A DNA stretch of 64,000 nt from an uncultured Methanosarcinales archaeon (GCA_964343575.1 CAYFJV010000002.1:319585-383584); one strand, 5' to 3'. Shown: positions 39,082 through 48,664, counted from the first letter of the stretch. The notes: generated by a model from the letters alone, not told the origin. Made by a program: numbers and translations.

Positions 39082-39269
39082 CCTTTAGTTGCCCCATATT
39101 ATCCTTTCTTTCATAACCGAAATAGAACGTTTTAACTTATAAAACTTCACTTCAAAAAAAGAATTCTTAGCGGTAAAAAACTTGTCGCTACGCTCCATTC
39201 AGGTATAAAGCCTGAAAAGCTTAACATTGTTCTATAAACTTTTTAAGTAACTATTTCACTTTTGTTTTT

Positions 39270-39644
39270 ATGGCGAGAAAAATCTCAGAGAGAGAGATCC
39301 TCAGACTTAGTGAGAATGAAATTCAGAAGATTGAGAGAGTTAACAAGTCCATTGAAAAAAAAGAAAATGCGATTGCAAGTAAGGAATCTCAGATGAAACT
39401 AAGGACCCTCTTTGAGAGAGCTCCGGAAGAGACATTAGCGTTCATTGTATATTGTATTTATATCGGTTCTGCAGGAATGCTTGGCTTCCTGTATATTATT
39501 ACCAAGTTTCAGGACACATTACTTTATACCTTGTTAATTCTTCTAGCCCTCCTAATGATTCTTCCCCTGTTCATTCTTCCAAAATTCAGTTTGAAGAAAT
39601 TTTTCCTATGGTTATCTGATTTACTATCTAAGAGAAGAAATTAG
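39270..39644 (+). CDS. Two-TM membrane protein
   Basis: Coiled N-terminus plus two hydrophobic helices. Confidence 0.65.
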   Translation: MARKISEREILRLSENEIQKIERVNKSIEKKENAIASKESQMKLRTLFERAPEETLAFIVYCIYIGSAGMLGFLYIITKFQDTLLYTLLILLALLMILPLFILPKFSLKKFFLWLSDLLSKRRN

Positions 39645-40609
39645 GCAGTTTGTTTCTTTGATGGTTCTAGTTCTCTAAAATTACTAATGAGGAAGTCGAT
39701 TTCTATGATTAGAGTCCAGATATAGCCTTTCAGCTCAAGTATTGAGCATTCATTCTTATTGTGTACTAGTGAATTTCTAACTTTTCTAATAGAATCAATT
39801 ACTTCTCTTCTTCCAGTTTTTTTGTGTTTTGAAGGAAAGTTGACTTCATTGAGTTTACTAACTGCATCTTTAAATCCAATTTTATCCTTCAACTTGGGAT
39901 TTATTGTAAAAAGCTGACTAAACACAAGTTTCTCGTAAGCTGCGTAAAGATGAAGTAGTGAACTTGTTAATAGGGAAAGAAGTTTATCTTTGATTTTTTC
40001 TGGTGATCCTAAACTAATCTCTTTCTGGAGTGATTCAATAAATATTTGGATTGCATGTTTAAAAGAAAGTGATGATGCTTCAAGGTACCAGTGTGCTCTT
40101 GGATTTAAATCCCGTTCTAGTGTTAAGGTAAATCTTCTCTTGATGTTGAAAATTTTTTCCCTTAGATCTGGATGGTTAACCTTAATATTTCTTTCAAATG
40201 AAACATATGAACTCTCAATGCTTTTGCTCAGAATATTGATCATCTCTTGATTATTTATAATTAGTTCATTTGCTTTATCAAAAAATATGTTAGTGATATC
40301 TATGACTTTGTTAACATTAGAACAAGAAATGTCTTTCACTTCTGAGATAAGTGTTTTAGTATCTTCTCTTCTTTTTTTGGCGAGCTCTTGAATGTTGGGT
40401 ATCTCTATTTTAGAAAGATGTGCTTTATAGTCTTGTAAGGTTCTTATTAATTCTTTCTTGCTCTCGAGTTTTGCAGTAGAGATTGAATGCCCCTGGTATG
40501 GTCTGAGATTCAGTTCCATTCCAATGCGACTTACGTTAATATAGATTAGATTCGTAAGTCTATTGTTCTTAATAAGGAAAGAAATAATTTTTATTGCTTC
40601 CAAATCCAT
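39641..40609 (-). CDS. Putative HEPN-domain protein
   Basis: C-terminal RNSLVH (Rx4H) preceded by AAYE. Confidence 0.6.
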   Translation of the reverse strand: MDLEAIKIISFLIKNNRLTNLIYINVSRIGMELNLRPYQGHSISTAKLESKKELIRTLQDYKAHLSKIEIPNIQELAKKRREDTKTLISEVKDISCSNVNKVIDITNIFFDKANELIINNQEMINILSKSIESSYVSFERNIKVNHPDLREKIFNIKRRFTLTLERDLNPRAHWYLEASSLSFKHAIQIFIESLQKEISLGSPEKIKDKLLSLLTSSLLHLYAAYEKLVFSQLFTINPKLKDKIGFKDAVSKLNEVNFPSKHKKTGRREVIDSIRKVRNSLVHNKNECSILELKGYIWTLIIEIDFLISNFRELEPSKKQTA

Positions 40610-40649
40610 ACCTATCTCTGTTTTTATTGATTTAAATACTTATGGGGGC

Positions 40650-41894
40650 TCAGATACTTTTAATCATTCTCAGGACCTTATTTGCTTTCCCAGACTCAAT
40701 ATTCTTTTTTGCCAGTTCCCTCATAATTATCTCCATCTGTTCGTTGACTTTCTCCATTTCTGCTCTATGCGCTTCATCTCTCAAGGTAATCTCTTCCTTT
40801 AGCTTAGAGATTTTTCTATCAAGCTCTGTTTTAGATATGTCAACGTAAAGGTCTTCGTGTTGGATTGTATCTTTCATTCCTAAAAATTCAGTATAATAGA
40901 TAATCATTCTTGACTTCACCCAGCCAAATCTGTACTTCAAAGCAGACTCAGAACGATATCTTGGGAGCCAGTAGCAAGCAGAACTATGTCGAAAATCATA
41001 CATTGAGATTCCGTTTTTGATCCAAGCAAGCTTTCTTTTTTCTTGTTTCCCCTTGTAAACTCCTTCTCCAACATTAAGTAATTTATAGCCCAACTTGGAA
41101 ATGTACTCATTTATCTTATGAGCTCTTTTTGTAAAAAGGAGATCGTCACCTTCAAACATTCTCCCATTGACATATTTTCTTAGAATCTCCGAACAGAGAA
41201 GGAGTTTTATCTTTCTTCCGAATGTCTTTGAAATGTCATCTCTTATATTTAACATGAAGTGACCTTTTTCATTGTCCCATTCTAAATCAGATAGTCTTGT
41301 GTTTAGTAGTTCTGTGGGAGATCTAATTCCCGAATCAAACATGAACATCATTATGACTTTGTAGTCAAATTTTGCGTGATCACAGAGCGTCTGAAGTTGT
41401 TCGATTGTAAAATAGTTGAATTTTGGTTTATAGTCTTCCCTAGCATCAATATCAATGGTGATGTCTTCAAGGATTTCTCCTTCTCTCTTGGAAGCTTTCA
41501 TTAACCAGTGCCAGAATGCTTTGAACGATTTTACATAAGTTCCAACAGCTCTATAAGTCCTTCCTGTACGTTTGGATATGAACTTCCCTTTCCTCATGCC
41601 GTTGAAGAAATTCATTAGCTCATCTTCTGTTACCTTTTTTACGCTGTTTTTAGAGCAGTACTCTTGAATTAGTAAAATTACTGAGTGAAGCTTAGACTTT
41701 TGATTTCTAAGCCTACCATAGCTTCTAGGGCCCTTTTTAGAGCCAAGGCCAATATTTTTCCCAAGCTCCATATCTTGTAGGTACCTGATAATCAATTCCC
41801 TATTCTCCTCAGAAAGACCTTTGAGGATCATCCCTTTGCTCTTCCAACTGTTGTAGTATCTTTCATGTTGGTGGGGATCGATTTTCTTGTTCAT
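40650..41894 (-). CDS. int: Tyrosine integrase of the island
   Basis: SGIRSPTEL, KT, YDFRHS, FGW...YY; lies just inside attR. Confidence 0.88.
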   Translation of the reverse strand: MNKKIDPHQHERYYNSWKSKGMILKGLSEENRELIIRYLQDMELGKNIGLGSKKGPRSYGRLRNQKSKLHSVILLIQEYCSKNSVKKVTEDELMNFFNGMRKGKFISKRTGRTYRAVGTYVKSFKAFWHWLMKASKREGEILEDITIDIDAREDYKPKFNYFTIEQLQTLCDHAKFDYKVIMMFMFDSGIRSPTELLNTRLSDLEWDNEKGHFMLNIRDDISKTFGRKIKLLLCSEILRKYVNGRMFEGDDLLFTKRAHKINEYISKLGYKLLNVGEGVYKGKQEKRKLAWIKNGISMYDFRHSSACYWLPRYRSESALKYRFGWVKSRMIIYYTEFLGMKDTIQHEDLYVDISKTELDRKISKLKEEITLRDEAHRAEMEKVNEQMEIIMRELAKKNIESGKANKVLRMIKSI

Positions 41895-41950
41895 TGATGT
41901 ATTTTTAGAAAAATGACTTCTTAAAACTTGTTGATACCCTTGATTTGGTG

Positions 41951-41967
41951 GAATCCGCGCGGGGCTA
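41951..41967 (+). repeat. attR (duplicated 3' end of tRNA-Gln)
   Basis: Identical to 29230-29246. Confidence 0.92.
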
Positions 41968-42051
41968 CTTTTTTTCTTCTACTGTTTTACCTATCCAGAA
42001 AGTAAATATTTAAGTACCTTCTTGGAAAACCGGCTTTTTGAGGTGAATCTT

Positions 42052-42135
42052 ATGGATGAATGTACGCAATGTCAGGTAGAAGTCAAAGAAGTCTGCAACT
42101 CCTGTAGCGCTTGTGGTTCTTGTTGCGAGTGTTAA
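42052..42135 (+). CDS. 27-aa Cys-rich metallothionein-like peptide
   Basis: MDECTQCQVEVKEVCNSCSACGSCCEC* (8 Cys); GAGGTGA RBS 5 nt before the ATG. Confidence 0.75.
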   Translation: MDECTQCQVEVKEVCNSCSACGSCCEC

Positions 42136-42211
42136 ACTTAATTTTTTCTTTTTCTCTTATTGATAATCTGTCTCAATAAGTATTATAAATAGTCTCTTTT
42201 ACAAGCTCTGT

Positions 42212-43168
42212 ATGAGAATAGCTTTTCTTGGAAAAGGAGGTAGTGGAAAAAGTACTCTAGCTGCTGCTTTTATCAAACATGTCTCTTCACAAAAGCAAAT
42301 TCTTGCAATTGATGCTGATGTTAACCAACATTTGGCTCCTTTACTTGAGATCACGCCAAGAAAAGAAAATTTGGGTGATTCTGTTGCTTTTATACAAAAA
42401 TATGTTCTTGGAAAAAGAAATGGTCTTGAAGCTAGTGAGGTTGTTGGAACACTCCCTCCAACAATGGATTCAACTTTTATTGTGCCAAAGGTCGGAGATC
42501 CATTTATTGATAAGTTTGCAGTCACCAAAGATAACATCTCTCTAATGCGCGTAGGAACTTATGAAGGTAAAGATATTGGTAGTGCTTGTTACCATAGCAA
42601 ATTAGCATCATTAGAATTATTTTTTCATTATCTTTTAGATAAAAGAAACGAGTATATTATTGTTGATTCAACTGCGGGGACAGATATTCTTGGGACTTCT
42701 TTGCATATGGCTTATGATGTGTTAGTATTTGTTATTGAACCAACTGCAAAGTCTGTACAAGTGTTTAAAGATTTTATAGAACGTTTCGATTCAACACGAG
42801 TTCGAGTTGTGGCACTTGGGAATAAAGTTGAAGATGGAGATGATAAAGAGTTCCTTAGGAAGAATGTTGGACATGAATATCTTCTTGGTTTTGTTCCTTA
42901 CTCAAAGAAGGTGCGGCGTTTTGAACAAGGAGACGAGCAAGCTTTTACAGATTTTGTAGCATCGAATAATGGGCTGTTTTCAAATGTTCTTGAAGATATT
43001 GGTTACCTAAAAAGAGATTGGGCAGAGTATCTCATACATCTTTCTAAAGTTCACAAAAAGACTTGTGAGAAATGGTATGATGAGTATTACAAAAAAAAGA
43101 TCTCTGAGCTTGTTGACAGCTCTTTTTCCTATGAGAAGGCAATGGAGATAAATAGAAATGACAATTGA
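42212..43168 (+). CDS. CooC/MinD-like P-loop ATPase
   Basis: MRIAFLGKGGSGKST, AIDAD, ACYH, VDSTAG, GNK. Confidence 0.85.
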   Translation: MRIAFLGKGGSGKSTLAAAFIKHVSSQKQILAIDADVNQHLAPLLEITPRKENLGDSVAFIQKYVLGKRNGLEASEVVGTLPPTMDSTFIVPKVGDPFIDKFAVTKDNISLMRVGTYEGKDIGSACYHSKLASLELFFHYLLDKRNEYIIVDSTAGTDILGTSLHMAYDVLVFVIEPTAKSVQVFKDFIERFDSTRVRVVALGNKVEDGDDKEFLRKNVGHEYLLGFVPYSKKVRRFEQGDEQAFTDFVASNNGLFSNVLEDIGYLKRDWAEYLIHLSKVHKKTCEKWYDEYYKKKISELVDSSFSYEKAMEINRNDN

Positions 43169-44792
43169 TACTCTTATTGATGCAATTGTTGTTACTGGAC
43201 CTCTTGGTTCTGGGAAGACTACCTTTGTAGGTGCGAGAGAAGGAAGTATAGTTCCTTACCTGCAAAGAACTCAACAAGCTGATGGTCTTACGCTCCTTGT
43301 AAATGAAGCTGCACTTGGTAACTCTGATGGAGCTTATCACACAGATGGGAGAAGACTCTCTGGTCTTGTTTCTGAAGGTCAGCTTAAGATGTTTGGTCAG
43401 AGTTGTGTTTGTTGTGATGGCGAAGAGACTTTTCGTCAAGCTTTAGGAGATCTTGGTGCCGGATCGAATCAGCGTGTTGTTATCGAGCCAACTGGCATTG
43501 CTAATGCAAACAATATTGTAGATGCGCTTCTGGACATAAGAGATGGAGATGCTCCTAAATTTAGAGTTGGTCATGTTCTTTATCTTATGCCTGTTAGAGG
43601 TTTTAGTAAGGTAGAAAAACACGATGGTATTCTTGCAGCAGATCATGTCGTTCTTACTTGGTTAACTGGAGATGCAGCTGAACAAGAAGAAGTTGCTGCG
43701 TATGTTCATGCAAAAAATCCAGATGCTACTATTCATTTGTTCACTGACGATTTTGATTATGGTGTTATAGATAGTTCTGAGCCATGGAGTAAAGAAGCTT
43801 TTAGAGCAAGAAGATTTGTATCAATCCCTGAAATGGGAAGATTTTCCTTCGCAGGAGTTGGTCAAGGCCATTTACTCGCGCCTCCTGGGGCAGTACACTC
43901 ACATGGTCATCATCACCACCATCATGATAGTTATGCTGTGGCTTCTTTTGAATTGAACCCTTACGAGGCAGTTACAGCTGAAGGAGACACTTCTGCCTTA
44001 AAAGAAGTTCTTGATCAATTAGCAGCAAGAGGAACAGAGAGAGTAAAAGGTTATGTGAGAATCAATAGAGAAGAAGTTATTCCTTTTGATGTTGTTCGAG
44101 GAGAAGTAGTTATTGGAGGGCGAGTTCAAGATCCACATACTATCTATGGGAATGGTTCTTTAGAAGTCATTGATAGACATTTGCCAGATGATTTAGCTGA
44201 GCTTGTTGAACCATTGACAGATGCAGCTAGAGATGCTGTTGCTTTACGGGGTGCATCTCTGGATGAAATGTCTGATCTTTTCAGAATCTATATGGATTCT
44301 AGAATTGAACAAAGTCCTTTGATGGGTGATGCAGACCAAAATTTTGTGCCCCAGAGTTATGAAGGTGTTGAAGTGGCTTTTAGTCTTGCAGAGCAGATCT
44401 GTAGGGAGCATAGGGAAAGTGATCCCCTCTCTGAGGCCCTTACTGCCTACGTTGATCTTTATAGGAACGGTGCAGCCCAAGCAACTGGACAAGACAATGA
44501 GTTTTTTATCAGAGCAACCTTTGGCATGAAAATCCTTAATGCACTCACAAAAAGTGAACCCCTCCTCAAGGATGCTTCTTTTGATCTTTGTCGGATCTCA
44601 GAAGAATATCTAACTGCCCTTGGTTCATTTAGTGGTAGTGACCTTGCACGTATTGAAGAAGGATCAGATCCGGAAGGCTACCGTTCTTACATGAGGAAAA
44701 TGGCAGCCGTAGCAAGAGAGCACTTATCTGGAGATTCTGACACATCTCTTTACAGTACAGCGATTGCAAACCTAGATGCACTTGGTTTTTAA
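43158..44792 (+). CDS. COG0523/CobW-family metallochaperone GTPase with His tract and extra C-terminal domain
   Basis: TGPLGSGKTT, VNE, CVCC, IEPTG, HSHGHHHHHH, RVKG. Confidence 0.85.
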   Translation: MTIDTLIDAIVVTGPLGSGKTTFVGAREGSIVPYLQRTQQADGLTLLVNEAALGNSDGAYHTDGRRLSGLVSEGQLKMFGQSCVCCDGEETFRQALGDLGAGSNQRVVIEPTGIANANNIVDALLDIRDGDAPKFRVGHVLYLMPVRGFSKVEKHDGILAADHVVLTWLTGDAAEQEEVAAYVHAKNPDATIHLFTDDFDYGVIDSSEPWSKEAFRARRFVSIPEMGRFSFAGVGQGHLLAPPGAVHSHGHHHHHHDSYAVASFELNPYEAVTAEGDTSALKEVLDQLAARGTERVKGYVRINREEVIPFDVVRGEVVIGGRVQDPHTIYGNGSLEVIDRHLPDDLAELVEPLTDAARDAVALRGASLDEMSDLFRIYMDSRIEQSPLMGDADQNFVPQSYEGVEVAFSLAEQICREHRESDPLSEALTAYVDLYRNGAAQATGQDNEFFIRATFGMKILNALTKSEPLLKDASFDLCRISEEYLTALGSFSGSDLARIEEGSDPEGYRSYMRKMAAVAREHLSGDSDTSLYSTAIANLDALGF

Positions 44793-44863
44793 TTCGTGCA
44801 GTGATCAAGAGTAGGGATTAGTTTTGGGAGTGTTCTTGAGGATAAAACATTGATAAGATTATT

Positions 44864-46258
44864 ATGACAACGCTCCAAGTACTTCCAAAGCAGAACAAAT
44901 TTGTTGAAGATTTTCTCTCAACAGTACCTTCACTAGATGATTCTCTTTTTACCTCTGGACCAACTCAGTTCTCCTCTCCAAATTCCTTTAGAGAGAACTG
45001 TCAAAAATTAAAGAAGGAGTTGGAATACTTTCCATTTCCTGTCACCATATTCTTTGCACATAAAGCAAATAAGTCTAAGGTCTTCGTCAATGAAGCTAAG
45101 GTAGCTGGGATAAATGTAGATGTCGCTTCTTACAGTGAACTAAGGAATGCTCTTTCAGTTGGATTTAGTGGAGAGAACATAGAATGTACTGGAATAAAAA
45201 ATGAGCAATTCATCGACTTAGCAATCAAAGAAAGTTGTCTTATTGTTGTTGATAGCATCTTCGAGCTTGACCTCATAAAAAAACTATCTGCTAACAGAGA
45301 AGTAAGACTGCTTTTACGAATCAGTGATCCTTTTGTAGGGTCGTATCACCGGCCAACACGTTTTGGTATACCTCGAGATACATTTTTAGAACTTTTGGAT
45401 AAAAAGGAACTTCAGAGATACAAGGTAGAAGGCCTTCATTTTCATTTCCATGATAATATTCCTAAGAATAAGTCTATGATGATAAAAGAACTGCTCTCTT
45501 TGTATAAAGGACTTTACAAACATAATTTCTTCCCAAATAAGATCAACATTGGTGGAGGGTACCGTTTCCCTTTAGTCAATGCTTTGGAATTGGAAAGCGT
45601 TTTTGAACAGATTGAACAAATAAACTTTGATGATTTGGCTTATGCAAACACTCTTTTTGGATTCGAAAGAGGAAGGAATGGAAGGCTAAGTAAAACACAA
45701 GTTGGTGAAAAACTCTCTCCATTAAGTCCATTTGAATTCATAAAAACATTAATTGACCATAACCAAGAAGAGAAACTTCTCATTGAAGATCTCCAACTCT
45801 CTTTATGTATCGAACCAGGTTATGCCTTATTAGAGAATTGTAGTGTTCTGGTCATGCGTGTTCTAGGGACAAAGAAGATTGGAAAGAACAAAAGTGCGGT
45901 CATTGTTGATGGTAACATGTATAATCTTTCAACCCAGATGAAAACATGGATAACTGATCCAATTTTGATATCAAGAAACAAAAGAGAACAGAGAGATGAG
46001 TCATTTGAAGGTTTTGTTATTGGTAATTTGTGTAAGGAAGATGATGTCCTGTTAGATAGAAAGATTCATTTTGAGAGAAGACCACAAAACGGAGATCTCT
46101 TAGTATTTTGTAATACTGCACCTTATTCTGGGAGTTTTGAAGATTCTGATCCCTGCCTCATGCCGAAAATTAGGAATTATGTTTTTACAACAAACGGTGA
46201 TGGAAGTTTTTTGATTCAAACAGAGAAAGAGTATTTGGAGGAGAGAAATGATAATTAA
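44864..46258 (+). CDS. Type III PLP decarboxylase (LysA/Y4yA-like)
   Basis: FAHKAN, DVAS..E, TRFG, GLHFH, NIGGG, EPG, GNLCKEDD, NTAPY. Confidence 0.88.
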   Translation: MTTLQVLPKQNKFVEDFLSTVPSLDDSLFTSGPTQFSSPNSFRENCQKLKKELEYFPFPVTIFFAHKANKSKVFVNEAKVAGINVDVASYSELRNALSVGFSGENIECTGIKNEQFIDLAIKESCLIVVDSIFELDLIKKLSANREVRLLLRISDPFVGSYHRPTRFGIPRDTFLELLDKKELQRYKVEGLHFHFHDNIPKNKSMMIKELLSLYKGLYKHNFFPNKINIGGGYRFPLVNALELESVFEQIEQINFDDLAYANTLFGFERGRNGRLSKTQVGEKLSPLSPFEFIKTLIDHNQEEKLLIEDLQLSLCIEPGYALLENCSVLVMRVLGTKKIGKNKSAVIVDGNMYNLSTQMKTWITDPILISRNKREQRDESFEGFVIGNLCKEDDVLLDRKIHFERRPQNGDLLVFCNTAPYSGSFEDSDPCLMPKIRNYVFTTNGDGSFLIQTEKEYLEERNDN

Positions 46259-47534
46259 GAGCATAACAGAAATGGTTGGAAATACGCCTCTTCTTGAAAT
46301 TCCACAATCAGTTCATGGAATTCCTAAATTACACCTTTACTGTAAACTTGAATACATGAATGCATTCGGCTCAATTAAAGATAGAATTGCATTGAATATG
46401 ATCAAAGATGAGATCGGGGAATGTAAAGATAAGAAAAAAACAATTTTAGAAGCGTCAAGTGGTAATACTGCAAAGGCCTTGGCATTACTCTCCTCTATTA
46501 ATGGACTAAAATTCAAGACAATTTCAAATAGGATTAAATCTCCAGAAATGAAAAAGCTCTTGTTACTCTCTGGGGCGAGCGTGGAAGAATTACCTGGCGC
46601 ATCAGAGTGTCCAGATCCAAACAATCCTGATGATTATATGGAAGTAGCCAAAAAACTGGCAGAAAGAAAGCCTGAAGAAATCTTTTACACCGACCAATAT
46701 TTTAACATAAAAAACCCTCAAGCACATAGGCAGACAGGTAAAGAGATTTGTAAAGATTTAGAACAGGTCGATTATCTTTTTACTTTTTTGGGGACTGCTG
46801 GTTCTTCAAGAGGTATTGGTTCAGTTTTAAAAAAAGAAAGAACTTCCAAAGTGATAGGCATAGTTGCGGAGAGAGGAAATTATATCCCTGGTGGAAGAAC
46901 GCGTGATGAAATGTGGGAAGTTGGTTTCTTTGAAAAATCTTTTTATGATGATGTGATCTCTGGAACGAGCAAAGAAGCTATCGGGGGTATGCTCTCTTTG
47001 ATTAGAAGATTAGGACTTCTTTGTGGTCCAACATCTGGTTTATCATACAAAAAAACAATTGATTATTTCAAGCAAAATCCTCCAAGAGAAGAGACAACTG
47101 CAGTTTTTATTGCTTGTGATAGGGTAGAACCTTATTTGTCATACACAGAAAAATATGTGCCAGATGTGCTGGGTGTTGGTTCATCAGGAAGGTTTTATGT
47201 AAACCATATTTGTGATGAGCAATGTAACGCTAGCGAGATTGATGCAGGAAGTCTAAAACCACACATTGAAGAGGTAACTATACTTGATATTAGAACAAGT
47301 AGGTCATTTGAAATGTACCATCTCCCAAACTCAATCAACATCCCTGAGAGTCAGCTTGACATTTTCTTTGAAAAGAGGATCCCCTTCTCTAAGGGCAGAA
47401 AATTAGTAGTTGTTTGCTCTCGAGGAGAAAAATCAAGGAAGCTTGCAAGTTTGTTAGTAAGTAAAGGCTATGATGCTGTCTCTTTGAAAAATGGTGTTTA
47501 TTCTTGGAGATTGGGTCAAAGTACTCTCTCCTAA
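46248..47534 (+). CDS. Cysteine synthase-like PLP enzyme fused to a rhodanese domain
   Basis: GNTPL, GSIKDR, EASSGNT, GTAG; C-terminal LDIR...HLPNSINIP...VVCSRGEKS. Confidence 0.9.
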   Translation: MIIKSITEMVGNTPLLEIPQSVHGIPKLHLYCKLEYMNAFGSIKDRIALNMIKDEIGECKDKKKTILEASSGNTAKALALLSSINGLKFKTISNRIKSPEMKKLLLLSGASVEELPGASECPDPNNPDDYMEVAKKLAERKPEEIFYTDQYFNIKNPQAHRQTGKEICKDLEQVDYLFTFLGTAGSSRGIGSVLKKERTSKVIGIVAERGNYIPGGRTRDEMWEVGFFEKSFYDDVISGTSKEAIGGMLSLIRRLGLLCGPTSGLSYKKTIDYFKQNPPREETTAVFIACDRVEPYLSYTEKYVPDVLGVGSSGRFYVNHICDEQCNASEIDAGSLKPHIEEVTILDIRTSRSFEMYHLPNSINIPESQLDIFFEKRIPFSKGRKLVVVCSRGEKSRKLASLLVSKGYDAVSLKNGVYSWRLGQSTLS

Positions 47535-47561
47535 AGAGAATGAGTAAAATACATTTAGAAA

Positions 47562-48071
47562 TTACTCCTTAAACAACTCAATTGCTTTCTTTACTTCTTC
47601 TTTAATTCCTTTCAGACAATCATACTGTTCTACTTCATCAACATTAACCCAAGCATGATCGGTAAACCCACCTTCTTCTAAAACAACATCTCCAGATTTG
47701 TACTTTGCAGCAAGTTTGACCATCATTACAGGAATGCCATCTGCTCTTACAAAAGCAACACTGGTGATATACTTGAAGTCGTCGTGTAGTTCAATGCCTG
47801 CTTCTTCACGAGTTTCTCTTTTCAAAAGATCTTCTAGTGCGCCTACGAAATCGTAAATATCTCCATTCATTCTTGTAGGGTTATTAAGATCAAGATCTTT
47901 CCATTCAAGTTTGCCACCTGGCGTTGCATACTTTCCTGGATGCGCTTTTTCTCTTTCATGTCTTTTGAGAATTAAACATCTTCCATCTTCTCTGTATACC
48001 AAGACGTTTGCTACAAAGTAAAAGAGCTTATTTTGTTTAGCATGTTCTGTAGAAATCTTTTCAGCTGGCAT
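47562..48071 (-). CDS. NUDIX hydrolase
   Basis: PGGKLE...LKRETREEAG. Confidence 0.9.
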   Translation of the reverse strand: MPAEKISTEHAKQNKLFYFVANVLVYREDGRCLILKRHEREKAHPGKYATPGGKLEWKDLDLNNPTRMNGDIYDFVGALEDLLKRETREEAGIELHDDFKYITSVAFVRADGIPVMMVKLAAKYKSGDVVLEEGGFTDHAWVNVDEVEQYDCLKGIKEEVKKAIELFKE

Positions 48072-48129
48072 GTTTTGCTTGAAGGTGTTTTTCTATTTAT
48101 GTTTTGTTGTTTCTTGGTTTTTTGTTTTA

Positions 48130-48260
48130 TTTGTGGCGCTTGGCCAGGCGGCTCCTTAAGAACTCTTGTCCGCTTTCCCTTTTCCTTAACAGGAAAAGAG
48201 CTTCCAAGAGCATGGTTGCTTGGTTCTGCTGTTGCCGCAACCAGGCAAGCGCGCCACAAA
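48130..48260. ncRNA. Structured intergenic element, copy 3 of 3
   Basis: Closing stem TTTGTGGCGC/GCGCCACAAA; core ACTCTTGTCCGCT...CTTTTCCT/AGGAAAAG...AGCTTCCAAGAG; TGGTTGC/GCAACCA hairpin. Confidence 0.6.
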
Positions 48261-48322
48261 GGTTGTTCTTAGGATTTGTTGTTGCCGAAACGCTTATATA
48301 CGGTAAAATGTGTTCTTGAAGC

Positions 48323-48664
48323 ATGGCTTTAGAGGATATAGCTGTGGTAGCAGCAGATGAGGTGCCCAGCCAAGTAAGTAACCTTTTCGAACCCATTGTC
48401 AATGTTATTGGTCCAATCCTTAGCACTATCAGTTGGCTTTTGGGGGGAATTTTTGGCTTGTACCTTCTTTTAGTATTTTTTAGAGTCTATTATGATCGTA
48501 AGCGTGTGAAGCTTCTTCAAGAGATTCACAAAGATGTTCATTTTTTACGTGAGCATGCGGTGGCAACACATTTGTCTGTACATGAGTTAAAGAAGGAGAA
48601 AAAAGTTGCTGCTGCTGGGAGAAACTTGGGTGGAAGAAAGAAAGCTAAAGCAAGAAAGCGCTGA
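48323..48664 (+). CDS. Small membrane protein
   Basis: One TM and a basic tail; TATA upstream. Confidence 0.7.
   Translation: MALEDIAVVAADEVPSQVSNLFEPIVNVIGPILSTISWLLGGIFGLYLLLVFFRVYYDRKRVKLLQEIHKDVHFLREHAVATHLSVHELKKEKKVAAAGRNLGGRKKAKARKR

Larger units (their letters stand above)
29230..41967. mobile_element. tRNA-Gln-integrated element (integrative plasmid/provirus-like island), ~12.7 kb
   Basis: 17-bp direct repeat GAATCCGCGCGGGGCTA at 29230-29246 and 41951-41967; integrase next to the distal copy; accessory gene content. Confidence 0.92.

Noticed and set aside
42052..47534. Treating the metal cluster as part of the integrated element
   Set aside because: It lies outside attR (41951-41967), and no further att copy was found downstream.
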